In this document: positions 1-11,336 of the stretch, one piece after another | Position numbering within the stretch: position 1 is the first letter of the stretch | Layout: each line of letters starts with the position of its first letter | IMG/VR virus record: IMGVR_UViG_3300047368_000324 | Coordinates: 1-64,000 of that record | Source of the DNA: a virus | Strand: one strand, 5' to 3' | Length of the DNA stretch: 64,000 bases | Translations under genes and position numbers: made by a program | Notes under the pieces: generated by a model | Database searches by the model: none | What the model was told of the DNA's origin: nothing | Seen by the model: the letters and a program-made list of their open reading frames with translations, nothing else

Positions 1-293
1 AGGGGCGATAGGTGCTTGTTTTATATATGATTTAATTAGAATGAAATGATAAAAATTAACGAAGATTATTCAGAGTATAAAGATCAGTCTGAATTAAAAC
101 AAATTGTAAATGATATAATTGATCTCATGGGAGATTATCCAAAGGGTAGTGTGCATGGCGGTTTAAGCCCTGTTGCTATTGAAAAGATAATTGCTTATTT
201 AATGTATTCAGAGAACAACCAATCTATAGATTTAAATATAACAAAAGCAGAAGATGAATACCACCTCAATTTAACTATAAAAAATAAACAATA

Positions 294-482
294 ATGATAC
301 AAATAGAAGACTCAAATAATGAAAAGTTTTTTATTAATCCTTCTCAAGTAATATATGTTAAGGAGAGAATAAACAGAGATGGCACTCTATGGAAAATACT
401 ACTTTCCAATGGGGAGTCCATTATAACCAAGAACCAACAAGGAGCTAATTCGATTATCTCGTCAATAACCCCAGCAAAATAA
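294..482 (+). CDS. small protein, FlbD/SwrD-like pattern
   Basis: MIQIEDSNNEKFFINPSQVIYVKE...ILLSNGESII resembles the FlbD-family pattern (MI.l...ng..f.lN...I..ie...I.l.nG); weak. Confidence 0.3.
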   Translation: MIQIEDSNNEKFFINPSQVIYVKERINRDGTLWKILLSNGESIITKNQQGANSIISSITPAK

Positions 483-484
483 TC

Positions 485-513
485 TTGACAAATACAAAAG
501 CTTTACTTATCAT
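485..513 (+). promoter_or_regulatory. sigma70-type promoter, leaderless; representative of ~20 early promoters
   Basis: TTGACA 485-490, 17-bp spacer, TATCAT 508-513; predicted +1 falls at the ATG at 520. Confidence 0.8.
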
Positions 514-519
514 TAAAAC

Positions 520-1584
520 ATGACAAAAAACCTAGGGCTTACTTGCATCAGCGAAGAATTGAAAGAAAAAGATGCAAAAAAATACGCATTTCGCACGATG
601 ACTCGCAAGCGTTTTAATGACTTGTCAGAGAAAGAAGGAAGAAATGAAGCAATCAAACAACTATCTGAACGCATTTATCATAATGCTCTTAACACTCGCT
701 ATGTCGTGTGTCATTGTATTAGGAGTCATATACCTCATTATCGTCTCAGTTCTGCTCTCTTTCCTTTACTTACCGATGCAACTTTGGACTTATCACTTGA
801 ACTTTTACCCGATAAAAGTAAGATCGAAAATGAACTAAGAAAAGTAGGCTTAATTGCCAAAAAATTTCACCTCTCGATAGGTTCGCATCCCGATCAATTT
901 AATGTCTTAGCATCTGCTAATGAAAGTGCAGTTAATAGAACCATTAACGAACTTAACTTTCAAGCGAGTGTCTTTGACATGATTGGCTTGCCACAAGACC
1001 ATACTGCACCCATGAATATCCACATTAATTCGACTCCTCCCGAAATTGAAAGCGACAACGATCCTGATTCCATAAACCATGCTAGAATCAAAGAGATCGC
1101 AGAGAGATTTTACACCAACTTAATGCGTTGTAAACAAGGTGTTTTTAATAGACTAACAATAGAGAACGAAGACAAAGGCTTTTGGAATGTTGACAATATT
1201 ATTAAGTTTAGTGAATATATTTTCAGTAAATATTACTTAAATATACCTGTGTGTTACGATAATCTTCACGATGCTTGTAACCCATCGAAAGTTCTTTCGG
1301 TAAAGTGGCAAGCAGAAAGGTGTGCATATACATGGGTTAATCAAAATCAAACTAAAGATGAAGATTATTTCATTGCTCCTGTCTTTCATTGGTCAGAAGG
1401 TAAAACTGACAAACCCCGATCTCATGCAGATTATTTTTCTTTCAACAACATCCCGCCAACGATTGCAGTTCAGCCAAATAAAGAAGTCAGATGGGAATGT
1501 GAAGTAAAAAAGAAAGACCTAGCAATCAAGAGATTGAGAGAGAATTTCGAGAAAGCGACCCTCGATTTACGGCTATGTTGCTAA
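520..1584 (+). CDS. uvsE: UV DNA damage endonuclease (UvsE/UvdE)
   Basis: Motifs YRLSSALFP, SHPDQFNVLAS, MNIH, RLTIENEDK, YDNLH, FHWSE, RSHADY, ECEVKKKDLAI. Confidence 0.92.
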   Translation: MTKNLGLTCISEELKEKDAKKYAFRTMTRKRFNDLSEKEGRNEAIKQLSERIYHNALNTRYVVCHCIRSHIPHYRLSSALFPLLTDATLDLSLELLPDKSKIENELRKVGLIAKKFHLSIGSHPDQFNVLASANESAVNRTINELNFQASVFDMIGLPQDHTAPMNIHINSTPPEIESDNDPDSINHARIKEIAERFYTNLMRCKQGVFNRLTIENEDKGFWNVDNIIKFSEYIFSKYYLNIPVCYDNLHDACNPSKVLSVKWQAERCAYTWVNQNQTKDEDYFIAPVFHWSEGKTDKPRSHADYFSFNNIPPTIAVQPNKEVRWECEVKKKDLAIKRLRENFEKATLDLRLCC

Positions 1585-1636
1585 GTAAATCAATTTCTAC
1601 CTTGACATCATTTAATTATTAACCTAACATAATACT

Positions 1637-1798
1637 ATGCACGAAAATATTACAGAAGAAAAGTTTTGGTATGATTCATACACAGGCACTTATTGGCTCG
1701 CAGATGAAGAATGGGAAGAGCCAAAAGAGTTTACGGAAGATGAATTAGTTTCAGAAGGGATTTACTTAAACGAATTTTGCTTAAATGAGTATCTATAA
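1637..1798 (+). CDS. small acidic hypothetical protein (below ORF-track cutoff)
   Basis: TTGACA 1602, 17 bp, TAACAT, ATG 1637; MHENITEEKFWYDSY...EYL*. Confidence 0.6.
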   Translation: MHENITEEKFWYDSYTGTYWLADEEWEEPKEFTEDELVSEGIYLNEFCLNEYL

Positions 1799-1926
1799 TA
1801 TAGAAGTTCCGATGACGCAGAGGGAATTAGAAGAGATGATTATGGAAGATAAGTCTTTCTCTTGGGTTTTCAATACGAGCGAAGATAATTCTGTTGCAGT
1901 TAATGTGAATATCTTCAAGGAAGAAG

Positions 1927-4900
1927 ATGAAGACTGATAGATTTAAACTAGAAGAGCTAATTGTTTCTTTAGGTCAAATCAATGAAGATTTATCAACAAT
2001 GCTTGAGAAAGAATTTGATACAAAAGAAGGCTTGACAGAAGATCAAAAAATGAATATAATTATTGGTATGCGTGAATTACATAAAATTAGATACGATGCG
2101 ACATGGGAGTGCATGAACAGGTTAATAGAACAGGGAGATTTAAAATGAATATCATACGAGCGTTAGAAATTATATTAGCGGAAGCAGAAAATTCAATTAA
2201 TTCTCAAAAAGGTGAATCTTTTGTTAAAAATGAAGCATTAGCATTATGTAAACAATTCATGGATTTCATTCAAGTGAATGAAGAGCAGATCATGCCTAAT
2301 ATGCCTAACTTCACACCAACGGATGCACCGAGTAATCCACCGAGCGATCCACCGCCAAGTCCACCAAGCAAATGAATTTAGAAGAAGCGTTTACAATAGT
2401 CTTAAATGAAGCAGAAATATCTGCTTTGGGTGAGCGTTCGGATTATCATTTCTCTGTTATTAAAGCGACTGAAGTTTTGCGTTCCTTTTATGAGGAGCAT
2501 GGGCATCATTTTAAAAATTATGAACAAGAGGAACATGGAAATGCTACCAACTAAAAAACATCTACATAATTGTTGGGAAGCAGGGTTTCCTTTAAAGCCG
2601 AAGAACTTAAAAACTTTTTATCCAAATAAATTAATAAGGAAAAGGTATTCTTATGATTTTTGGAAAAATATTATTAATGATATAAATATTTTGCCATACA
2701 AAAAAAGAATCGAAGTTGCGAGTAATTTATTTAAAAGATTAGATGATCGACATAAATTTCATACCGAAAAGCAAGCAAGCTTTGAGCTAGAGTCAATGGC
2801 TTTCTGTCTACTAGAATCAGAAGGTTTAATAAAAGAATGAGTAATTATTCAATAATAGAGGGTTGTATTAGGCAATCCACAAATAACCCAATTAATAAAA
2901 CTATGGAGCTAAATAAACTAATATTAGATGTACTTGATCGCTATAAAGATAGTCAAGCGAATATAAATAGCGAATCTTTTCGTGATTTATTATCAAAAGA
3001 AATAGAGGTTGAAGTTGATAAATACTGCCTCATGCTTATGAACGCATTAAATACTTGACAATAAACTAGAATACTATACTATTAATAACATGAAACAAAT
3101 AAATGTAGATAAATATATTATTGGAAAGAAAAAGTTAGGCAAGGGTAAAATTGGAAGTAAGGGCGGTGTTGGCATTCCAACAGGTGCTTTTGGGAATGGG
3201 AGCAAATATAATAAGCTAAGGAAGTGAGAACTACTGCTAGGCAAATAAGAGACAAAGACCCATCTATTGATGACATGAGATATGATCTTGCAGAAGCAGA
3301 GGCAATAAATATGAATGTATCAGATATTATAAACTTAATAGTTGATGGGTACGAAGGATTAGATAATATTTCTGATCTTGAAATCGAAGAAGAATGGAAT
3401 GACTTATTTGGAGACAATAAATAATGAAAATAATAAATAAATGGGAAGAAACTTTTGAAGTAAATGTTGGGGATTGGGTAGGATTCAAATGTGACATTGA
3501 GCAAGAAGGCAGAGTAAAAGCAATTAATAAACATTATGCAGTATTAGAAAACGCAAGTGGATTTGAGGGCGGTTACATTGGTGGAGATACAGAAGCACGA
3601 GTTTCAGTTGAAGAATTATGGAGAGAATCATAAAAGACAATAGCGAAAAAATTGAACTTGGCAAGCAGATTAAGGATATTGAGGCAGAGCTTGAATTTCT
3701 TTATGTTAGAGAACCCGATGAAGTTGAATATATTAATCAGTTAAAAAATAAGCTTGACAATTTATACGAAATAATAGATAATCATAACCATGAAACTAAC
3801 TAAATATCAAAAAGCTAGATTGATTGAATATAATTGGGATATTATTACCAATAAAATAGACGGAGAAGAGCAGAATTGTTCATGGGTGAGTATTGCACCC
3901 GAAGATGGTTCTGTATATGGAGAAGTCGTGAAACATTTTAAGTTATCGGGAGATGGCGAGGATGTTAAGTTATTGGTAGTGGCAACTGCTGAAGACCAAT
4001 GAGCGAAATAAGAGAATTATGGGACTTGTCATGGGCAGATGGTTTGATTTTAACTTTTATGCTAATGGCACTATATACATATAAAGTATGGATAGATAAC
4101 AAATTTAAGAAATGAATTTCATCAAAAGATTATTGCGTATATATAATTTAAAGAAATTTAATTCTTTCAAAACAACTTCAGAGCCAAAATTATCCGCACA
4201 ACAAATAGATGAATTGATTGAAATAAATAAAGAAGTATTAACAAATATAGGAGACGATATGGATTACGATGGCATGGGAAACTATGGTCGCTTTCCGCCC
4301 GAAAGAGAATGAACAAACTAGAAGAAGCAATAGGAAAAATGTCAAATATTCAAGATAATATTGACACTATTATTCATGCGATTGGTGACTCTCCTCGGAG
4401 TTATTCAGAGGATGAAATAATGAATATGCTAATGGGTATGAGTCAACTTCACCAAACTTGGTATGATAACTTATGGGTTGAATATGAAAATTTTAAAAGA
4501 CAATATAATGCGTTTGATAAAGATGATATATTCGATAAAAATTATTTAAAAAGTAAAAACAATGAACATAGATAAAACTCCAATCAATAAATATATATTA
4601 ATAGATACAATATCTAAACCTTCGTATGCTTACCTTGGCTATGCCTATTTAACAGAGAATGAAAAAGGTATCAAAAATCGTGCATTTAGATTTAATCGAG
4701 CAAATAAAAAATATATATTAGAAAAAGATTGGCAATGAAAATACAATTAGGAGTCAGAGGTAGTGAAGATGCGATCAATCATGTTTTAATTAAAATAGAT
4801 GATCTCGTTTTAATGAATAAAGATAATTTATTTCTAGCAGGGAATGAAGGTAGAGATAAAACAGGGAAAAGTTTAGTTCAATTATTAAATACTCTATCCA

Positions 4901-5415
4901 AGGATCACGAAATATCTGTTGGCGAAAAAGCATCTGACTTAATAGAGCGAGAATTAAATATGAAGAAAGGTGCATTAAATAAATATGAAAAGAGTAGAAG
5001 AAGTAAATAGGGAAAGAGTTTTATCTCAAATAATAGATCATTGTAAGGAGCTTTTGAAAGATGGAGAGTTTTTGTCTAAAAATGATTGGCAGACAGACAC
5101 ACTCTTGCTTCATTCAGAGAAATTTCTCAAACAAGAGAAAAAGGCTTGACACAAATCCTTGCCTAGTCTAGTATTATTACTATGAACACGGCACAAGCTT
5201 TCTTAAATAGTATTAACGAATCAATCGCTCAAGGCGAGAAGGTTGCAAACTCAATTCCTCGCAAGGGTCTTAACATTTATCTTGATAAATCAACTATGGT
5301 CATGCAACAATTTCATGATCCTAGTGCTTTTGACAAAGCAAAGCAAGCAACTGCTCGTAAAGGTCAATCAAGTATTCTTAGGATGCAGATGGAAGGCAAT
5401 GGTAGGTTGCAATAA
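1927..5415 (+). CDS. run of ~15 short hypothetical early genes
   Basis: Tightly packed + strand ORFs of 60-110 aa with ATGA/TAATG overlaps; TTGACA promoters at 3055, 3754, 5146. Confidence 0.65.
2313..2370 (+). repeat. degenerate 12-bp coding tandem repeat (Pro-rich tail)
   Basis: caccaacggatg/caccgagtaatc/caccgagcgatc/caccgccaagtc/caccaagc encodes PTDAPSNPPSDPPPSPPSK. Confidence 0.7.
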
Positions 5416-5454
5416 AAAGCTTGACATTAAATAAAAACCTGACAAACTAAAACT

Positions 5455-6642
5455 ATGCAAACACTAGAAAAACTATACAAAATAGACTCTAAGGGTCGGC
5501 TTAGAGAATGGACAATGCACATTAATCGTGATACATTTTTTGCGGTTAAAGGTTTAGTTGGCATGAAGCTTACAGAAGACAAACCTACATTTTGTACTGC
5601 TAAAAATATAGGTAGAAGTAATGAGACTTCTGATGAAGAGCAAACAATTTTAGAAGCAAAAGCTAAGTGGGAAAAGAAGCTTAAAGAGGGTTACGCAAAG
5701 ACTCCCGAAGATGCGGAGACTAGAGCATATTTCGATCCCATGCTTGCACAATCTTATGATGATCGCCATTTAGAAGTCGAAGAAGCATATAAGAAAGGTG
5801 TAGTTTATTGCCAACCAAAACTTGATGGGATTCGTTGTATCGTAAGGAAAGAGGGTGACGATATTATTGCTAGAACTCGTAATGGTAGAGTTATTGATGC
5901 AGTTCCGCATATTACTAAAGAATTAAGTGTTTATTTTAAAAATAACGAGAAACTTGTTCTTGATGGAGAATTATATAACCATGATTTAAAACATGATTTT
6001 AATAAAATAGTTTCATTGGTTAGAAAGCAAAAGCCAAGTAGAACTAAATCAGATACAGATAAATCTTTTCAAAAGAAATTAGATAAATTTGACAAAGCAC
6101 TAAAGGAATCGAAGTCTCTTGTTCAGTATTGGATATATGATATACCTCAAAGTAATACTTTTAAATGCAAGCACTCTTTCTCAGAGCGTTTCTTCGCTGA
6201 AGATATATATGAAAGTGATTCTATCAAATTAGTGAAAACAGGTGTTGTGTCAAGTAAAAAACATTTAGACAAATACTATTCAAAATATATTCAAAAAGGA
6301 TATGAGGGTCAAATGATTCGTATTAACAATGCCTATGAACAAGGTAAGCGTAGTGCAAAGTTGCTAAAGCGTAAAGATTTTATGGATGCGGAGTATCTTG
6401 TCACAGATATTGAAGAGGGTAATGGCAATCGTAGTGGTACGGCAAAGCATCTTGTTTGTTATTGCCCAAAAATGGATACGCATTTTAATTCAAATATCAA
6501 AGGTAGTTTTGATTATCTAGCAGAAATACTAGAAAATCGTGAGTATTACATTGGTAAATACGCAACGATTAAGTTCTTTGAATTGACTCCCGATGGTATT
6601 CCAAGGTTTCCTTATGCACTTTCTTTCAGAGATTACGAGTAA
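5455..6642 (+). CDS. ATP-dependent DNA ligase (phage type)
   Basis: PMLAQ, adenylation motif QPKLDGIRC, LDGELY, GYEGQMIR, KRSAKLLKRK, C-terminal GIPRFP. Confidence 0.93.
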   Translation: MQTLEKLYKIDSKGRLREWTMHINRDTFFAVKGLVGMKLTEDKPTFCTAKNIGRSNETSDEEQTILEAKAKWEKKLKEGYAKTPEDAETRAYFDPMLAQSYDDRHLEVEEAYKKGVVYCQPKLDGIRCIVRKEGDDIIARTRNGRVIDAVPHITKELSVYFKNNEKLVLDGELYNHDLKHDFNKIVSLVRKQKPSRTKSDTDKSFQKKLDKFDKALKESKSLVQYWIYDIPQSNTFKCKHSFSERFFAEDIYESDSIKLVKTGVVSSKKHLDKYYSKYIQKGYEGQMIRINNAYEQGKRSAKLLKRKDFMDAEYLVTDIEEGNGNRSGTAKHLVCYCPKMDTHFNSNIKGSFDYLAEILENREYYIGKYATIKFFELTPDGIPRFPYALSFRDYE

Positions 6643-6735
6643 ATTAAATCATAACTAGCTTATAATGAGAGGGTTATAAGCATTTTCACAAAAAAGCTTG
6701 ACAAGCAAGCATTTTTCCTCAATACTTATTCTATC

Positions 6736-7506
6736 ATGCAAATCACACTAACAGAAAAATCAACTCAATTTGAATTAACGAATAGTTTCGATCAACTATT
6801 ATTTCCATTCAAGCAAACGCTTGAACAAGCGAAGGCAGTGCAGAAAGTAAATCAACTCAAAGAAGTTGATCGCTTTTTCAACAATCTTACTCTTCGTCTT
6901 GTCAAAGAAGGTGAAGATTATTGGGCATCGCTCATTCCAAAGAATGATGCAGAAATGTTTGGTCGTTGGGTCTTCGCAATTATGAGCGTTCACACTACTT
7001 GGGAAAGTAATGTGCGTGGATACGAAATCGCAATGAGCGATTTATCATGGACAATTTCTAAAGATGCGTTGCGTGACATGATTGTCAAAGCAAAGGTTGG
7101 TCTTTATGAGCGTAGAGAAAGAGGCTTGTGGGAATTGGCAACCAAGTTCAGAGAAAACCCCGATCAGTTCAAGAAGCAGGATGACGAGACATGGCAAGAG
7201 TGTCGCAATCGTTTGATTGGAACGATCTATGGTCTTGGTAATGCGAAGACAACTTACGCTTTATCTTTGAGCTACCCAACAGAGTCACAACTTTGTTGCT
7301 TAGATGTTCACTTGTTACGCTTCATGGGGCATGACCTCAAGAAAGGTCACGCTAGTTCGCTAGAAGCATATCAAGAAATGGAGAACGAGTGGCTTGCTCG
7401 TTGCGATAAGTACGGAGTATCGCCAAATGTTGCTAGAGAAATTTATTGGAACAAAGTTCAAGGCAGAAGAAACTCACGCTATTGGAGTTACTGCCTCGAA
7501 AAATAA
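6736..7506 (+). CDS. HhH-GPD DNA glycosylase/AP lyase (OGG2-like)
   Basis: HhH IYGLGNAKT followed by LCCLDVHLLRF, similar to OGG2 GIG.KEASHFL...ILDRHILR. Confidence 0.7.
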   Translation: MQITLTEKSTQFELTNSFDQLLFPFKQTLEQAKAVQKVNQLKEVDRFFNNLTLRLVKEGEDYWASLIPKNDAEMFGRWVFAIMSVHTTWESNVRGYEIAMSDLSWTISKDALRDMIVKAKVGLYERRERGLWELATKFRENPDQFKKQDDETWQECRNRLIGTIYGLGNAKTTYALSLSYPTESQLCCLDVHLLRFMGHDLKKGHASSLEAYQEMENEWLARCDKYGVSPNVAREIYWNKVQGRRNSRYWSYCLEK

Positions 7507-7546
7507 TTTGTTTGACATTAAACATTAATTAAACATACTTAATACT

Positions 7547-8403
7547 ATGGAACAAGAATTATACTTAGTAGATTGGGGCGAGGGAGTCAAAGGTTCACGA
7601 TATGCAATCATAGAGGGCAGATCGCACATGGATGCGTTCAGAAATCTCGATTCTATTGCTGATCCATCTGATGCTAAAATAAAATTAATTAATACAAATA
7701 ATTTATATAGAGAGCCACTTTATGTAGAATTGAGCGAAAGTCCATTTTACAAAAATTTAAATGACGATGAAGACGAAGAATTCGTCTCTATTGCAAATAA
7801 AATTAACGAAGAAAATCTAAGATCAGTATGAGCTATTGGAACACAAAACAAATACATTGGCATGATTTCACTGCTGAAGATATTTTCATCAAAAGAAATA
7901 GAGTTAGTAGTCAATTTGAAGATGAAATTCAAACTGCATCATATAAAACCAAAAGTGGTTTTGTAGATTTCTTAACAGGTGGAAATACTTATACTCAATA
8001 TGGTAGGATGGTCAAAAAGGCAGTCGGAGTTTGTGTTCGATTGCATAGCTTGAAAGATGGTTATCCTTGTGCGGAGATTGACTTTGTAAAATATAATATT
8101 GCGAAACAATATTCCAATGGAGCAAGCAAATGGACATCACCTAATGCTATTGCATATATAACAAGTAATCATCGACATGGAGAGTATAAGCGTGATGCCC
8201 AAGGAAATTGGGTTATGGACTATGATCCGCTTGTAGCTAGGGATGATGAAGGTTATCAAGTTCACTTTTCGGCAAATCAATCTCAATATGGTGGAGATCG
8301 TAGGGAGTGTCAAGAAATGCTTGATATATCTTGGGCGGTTGTAGACTTTCTTGTCGAAAGAGTTTTGCCATTCCAAAGAAATGCCTTGACAATGGTTGCG
8401 TAA
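7547..8403 (+). CDS. two hypothetical proteins (7547-7831, 7828-8403)
   Basis: TTGACA 7512 with ATG 35 bp later; ATGA overlap between ORFs. Confidence 0.65.
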
Positions 8404-8420
8404 TGTGATGGAATACTATT

Positions 8421-8720
8421 ATGACACAAAAAGAGGAAAAACAAATTGCAGAAATTCGTCAAGCTCACTTAGACAGAATTGAAGAGCTAAAAGAAGTTAT
8501 AGCAGAAATGAACCCCGAAGCACTCTTCGCAGATGGTTTTGATCGCTCGATCATGGGTTACGATAAAGATGGCAGAGTAATTTACTCTGTTGACTCTATT
8601 ATCGAGACTCTTGTCGAGCGTGATGGAATGGATTGGGAAGAAGCTTCAGAATACTTCAGTTTTAACATCGAAGGTGCTTATGTAGGCGAGTACACTCCTG
8701 TCTATATGTACCAACAATAG
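8421..8720 (+). CDS. conserved phage hypothetical protein
   Basis: ADGFDRSIMG...VIYS...EEASEYFSFNIEGAYVGEYTP pattern common in phages; promoter TTGACA 8386. Confidence 0.7.
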   Translation: MTQKEEKQIAEIRQAHLDRIEELKEVIAEMNPEALFADGFDRSIMGYDKDGRVIYSVDSIIETLVERDGMDWEEASEYFSFNIEGAYVGEYTPVYMYQQ

Positions 8721-8974
8721 TGTAAATATATTAACAAACAAGCGAAATTAGTATGAACAAACTAAAAGAACTTATTAATTTAAAAATAGAAGAGATTGAA
8801 AACCTCGAAATCAGCACTCAAGAGAATGAAGAAAGATACATCCATGAGATTAACTGCTTAGTATATACTAAGTATTTACTCTTCGGTGACGAAAATCTTC
8901 TCGTTGATTAAAAAAAATGTTGACTTTCAACAAAAACCTGTCAGACTTATTATATAACACTTAGAAAAACTATT

Positions 8975-11257
8975 ATGATTATCACACAAGAAAAATCCAA
9001 ACGAGTCGTATCGTCTCACGATTTCGATTCAGTAAATTGTACCATTGATGCAGAAGATATGCGTTATGTAGCGTCTCTTCTCCGCAACAACTATTCTAAT
9101 CCACCTCTCGCAGTTGTGCGTGAAATTAGTGCTAATGGTTTAGATGCAAACCAAGAAGCGAATTCTTCTCGTCAAGTCGAGATTACAATTCCCTCTAGGT
9201 TTAATCCGCATTTTTGCGTTAGAGACTATGGTCATGGCTTGAGCAAAGAAGATGTTTTCGGTTTGTATTCCAAGTATGGAAAAAGTACAAAGCGTAATTC
9301 TAATTCTTATATCGGAGCTTTCGGTATAGGTAAGTTCGCCCCATTGTCTTATGGAAATAATTTCACCTGTGTATCTTTTCATGGTGGAGAAAAAGCTTCT
9401 TACAATGTATTTGTCAATGAAGATGATGATACCAAAATTGTAGAACTACATAGAGAACCTAGTAATGAACCAAGTGGTTTATCCGTAGAGGTTGCTATTG
9501 CAGATGAAGATATTGATAAATTTAGAGAAATTGTTAAAGCTTTCTTTCGTTTCTTCGATAAGTCAGAAATGCCAAAATTTATAGGAGTTGACAAGGATGA
9601 AAAGTTCTTTGATGATTACAATGTCGTACTTCAATCCAAGAATAAAGATTGGTTCATTATTGATGACCAACAAGATTATTGGAGAAGAAGTCACTCTCAA
9701 TGCCATGCATTTATGGGCAGAGTGCATTATCCAATAAATACAAGTTCTATTGACTTTAAAAACTATGTCGAAGAAGATTATGACTTTTCACCTCTAAAGA
9801 ATATATGTGAACAAGACAATGTTTATATTAGATTTGATATTGGTGAATTGAAATTGCATCATAGTCGTGAGTCCTTAGAATACAACAAAGCTACGCAAAA
9901 AGCTATTGTTGCAAAGTTACGCAAGATGTACGATGACATCCAAGAAATTGCCAAGGAAAAGCTTGGTGGAGCAACTTGCCTATGGGATGCGAAAGCAAAG
10001 TATGCACAGGTTATCAATGCGTTACCATATCAATTAAGAAATGTCTTTCAAAATACTTTTAAATGGAAAAATGTCCCTATCAATAGTGCAGTCTTCCATC
10101 GCCCTCATAACTATCATGAAGATATAATCATTACTGAATATACCAAAACGGATGACAAAGATGTTACTGATGGATATAAAGTAAGAAGTCAAAAGTCAAG
10201 CAGAGTCGATGTTCACATGAACAATAGGCTTATGATTCAAGACATTAAATCTCCACATGGTAATGCCTTGAGAGCTAGAACTATATTCAACAAGGATGAC
10301 TCTATTGTTGCGGTGTATTGCGTATCTTATACTGATTGTGGTAGCCAATATTTATATGGCGATGAAGATGGTTGGCAACTCAATCTTGTCTCTAAGAAAA
10401 ATATATTTTATACTAGCAATGTTGAGAAAGCTAAGTTAAAGCAAGGCACTAGATCAAGTGGTGAGTCACGCTCATCCGTTCCAACTTTCTTGTATGATCC
10501 ACAAGGATACAGAAATTCCGATCAATGGAAAAATGGTACAGAGCAAGATAAGCTTGAAGCAGAGACAGATGAAGATTCACAAAATGTATATATTTCTATT
10601 AGTAATTATAAGCCAAATGGTGATTATAGTTACTGCTTAGATAGTCTCAAGCGTGATTTCAAAGGCATGAAAGCTTTACTGAAAAACCTAGATGAGCCTA
10701 TGATTGATCTTCATGGTATTCGTAGTGCGGATGTTTCTAAGCTTGACAAGTCAAAATGGATTGAATGGAAAGATTATCGTATTCAAAAAGCAAAGTCTGC
10801 CCTACTTCGCAGAAAAGCTGATTTATTGCGTGGAGAGCGTAGGCTTGCATACCAAGAGCATCGACATGAAATGCACAATGTCAAGAGTATTGAAGGTTTA
10901 CTAGCTAATAATAGCCTAAAGAGCATTTTGAACAAAAGCCTTAACAAGAACCATGACCTTCGAGAAGCAATAAATATTCTCACAGATTCTCAAAGAGAAG
11001 AGGTTGTTTTGTCAACATTAAGTCAACTCAAGAATTTGGTGCATGATAATGACAAAGATTGGTTCAAGAAAAATTTCTCTTCTACATATAATTGGAAAAG
11101 TTTCGATTACCTTTGCAAGGAAATCATAGACAAGTACCCATTACTAATGAATATAAATTCATCAATATATGGATGGCAGAATCTTGCGGAGCAAAACTTT
11201 GGCAAGAACATTGCAGATTATATTTCTATGTGTGATAAGCTAGGGGGTGAGGCATGA
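8975..11257 (+). CDS. rIIA: rIIA-like protein (N-terminal GHKL ATPase)
   Basis: YSNPPLAVVREISANGLDA, VRDYGHGLS, YGKSTKRNSNSYIGAFGIGK, SRESLEY; adjacent to rIIB-like gene. Confidence 0.85.
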   Translation: MIITQEKSKRVVSSHDFDSVNCTIDAEDMRYVASLLRNNYSNPPLAVVREISANGLDANQEANSSRQVEITIPSRFNPHFCVRDYGHGLSKEDVFGLYSKYGKSTKRNSNSYIGAFGIGKFAPLSYGNNFTCVSFHGGEKASYNVFVNEDDDTKIVELHREPSNEPSGLSVEVAIADEDIDKFREIVKAFFRFFDKSEMPKFIGVDKDEKFFDDYNVVLQSKNKDWFIIDDQQDYWRRSHSQCHAFMGRVHYPINTSSIDFKNYVEEDYDFSPLKNICEQDNVYIRFDIGELKLHHSRESLEYNKATQKAIVAKLRKMYDDIQEIAKEKLGGATCLWDAKAKYAQVINALPYQLRNVFQNTFKWKNVPINSAVFHRPHNYHEDIIITEYTKTDDKDVTDGYKVRSQKSSRVDVHMNNRLMIQDIKSPHGNALRARTIFNKDDSIVAVYCVSYTDCGSQYLYGDEDGWQLNLVSKKNIFYTSNVEKAKLKQGTRSSGESRSSVPTFLYDPQGYRNSDQWKNGTEQDKLEAETDEDSQNVYISISNYKPNGDYSYCLDSLKRDFKGMKALLKNLDEPMIDLHGIRSADVSKLDKSKWIEWKDYRIQKAKSALLRRKADLLRGERRLAYQEHRHEMHNVKSIEGLLANNSLKSILNKSLNKNHDLREAINILTDSQREEVVLSTLSQLKNLVHDNDKDWFKKNFSSTYNWKSFDYLCKEIIDKYPLLMNINSSIYGWQNLAEQNFGKNIADYISMCDKLGGEA

Positions 11258-11271
11258 AAATGCCTCTCCCC
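11244..11271 (+). terminator. GC-rich hairpin at the rIIA stop
   Basis: gggggtgaggcat-gaaa-atgcctctcccc; no strong U-tract; a new TTGACT promoter follows. Confidence 0.4.
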
Positions 11272-11336
11272 AAAACTTTCATCTTGACTTTCACGACAAT
11301 TCAAACTAATATTATATACAACAAAGGATAAAAATT

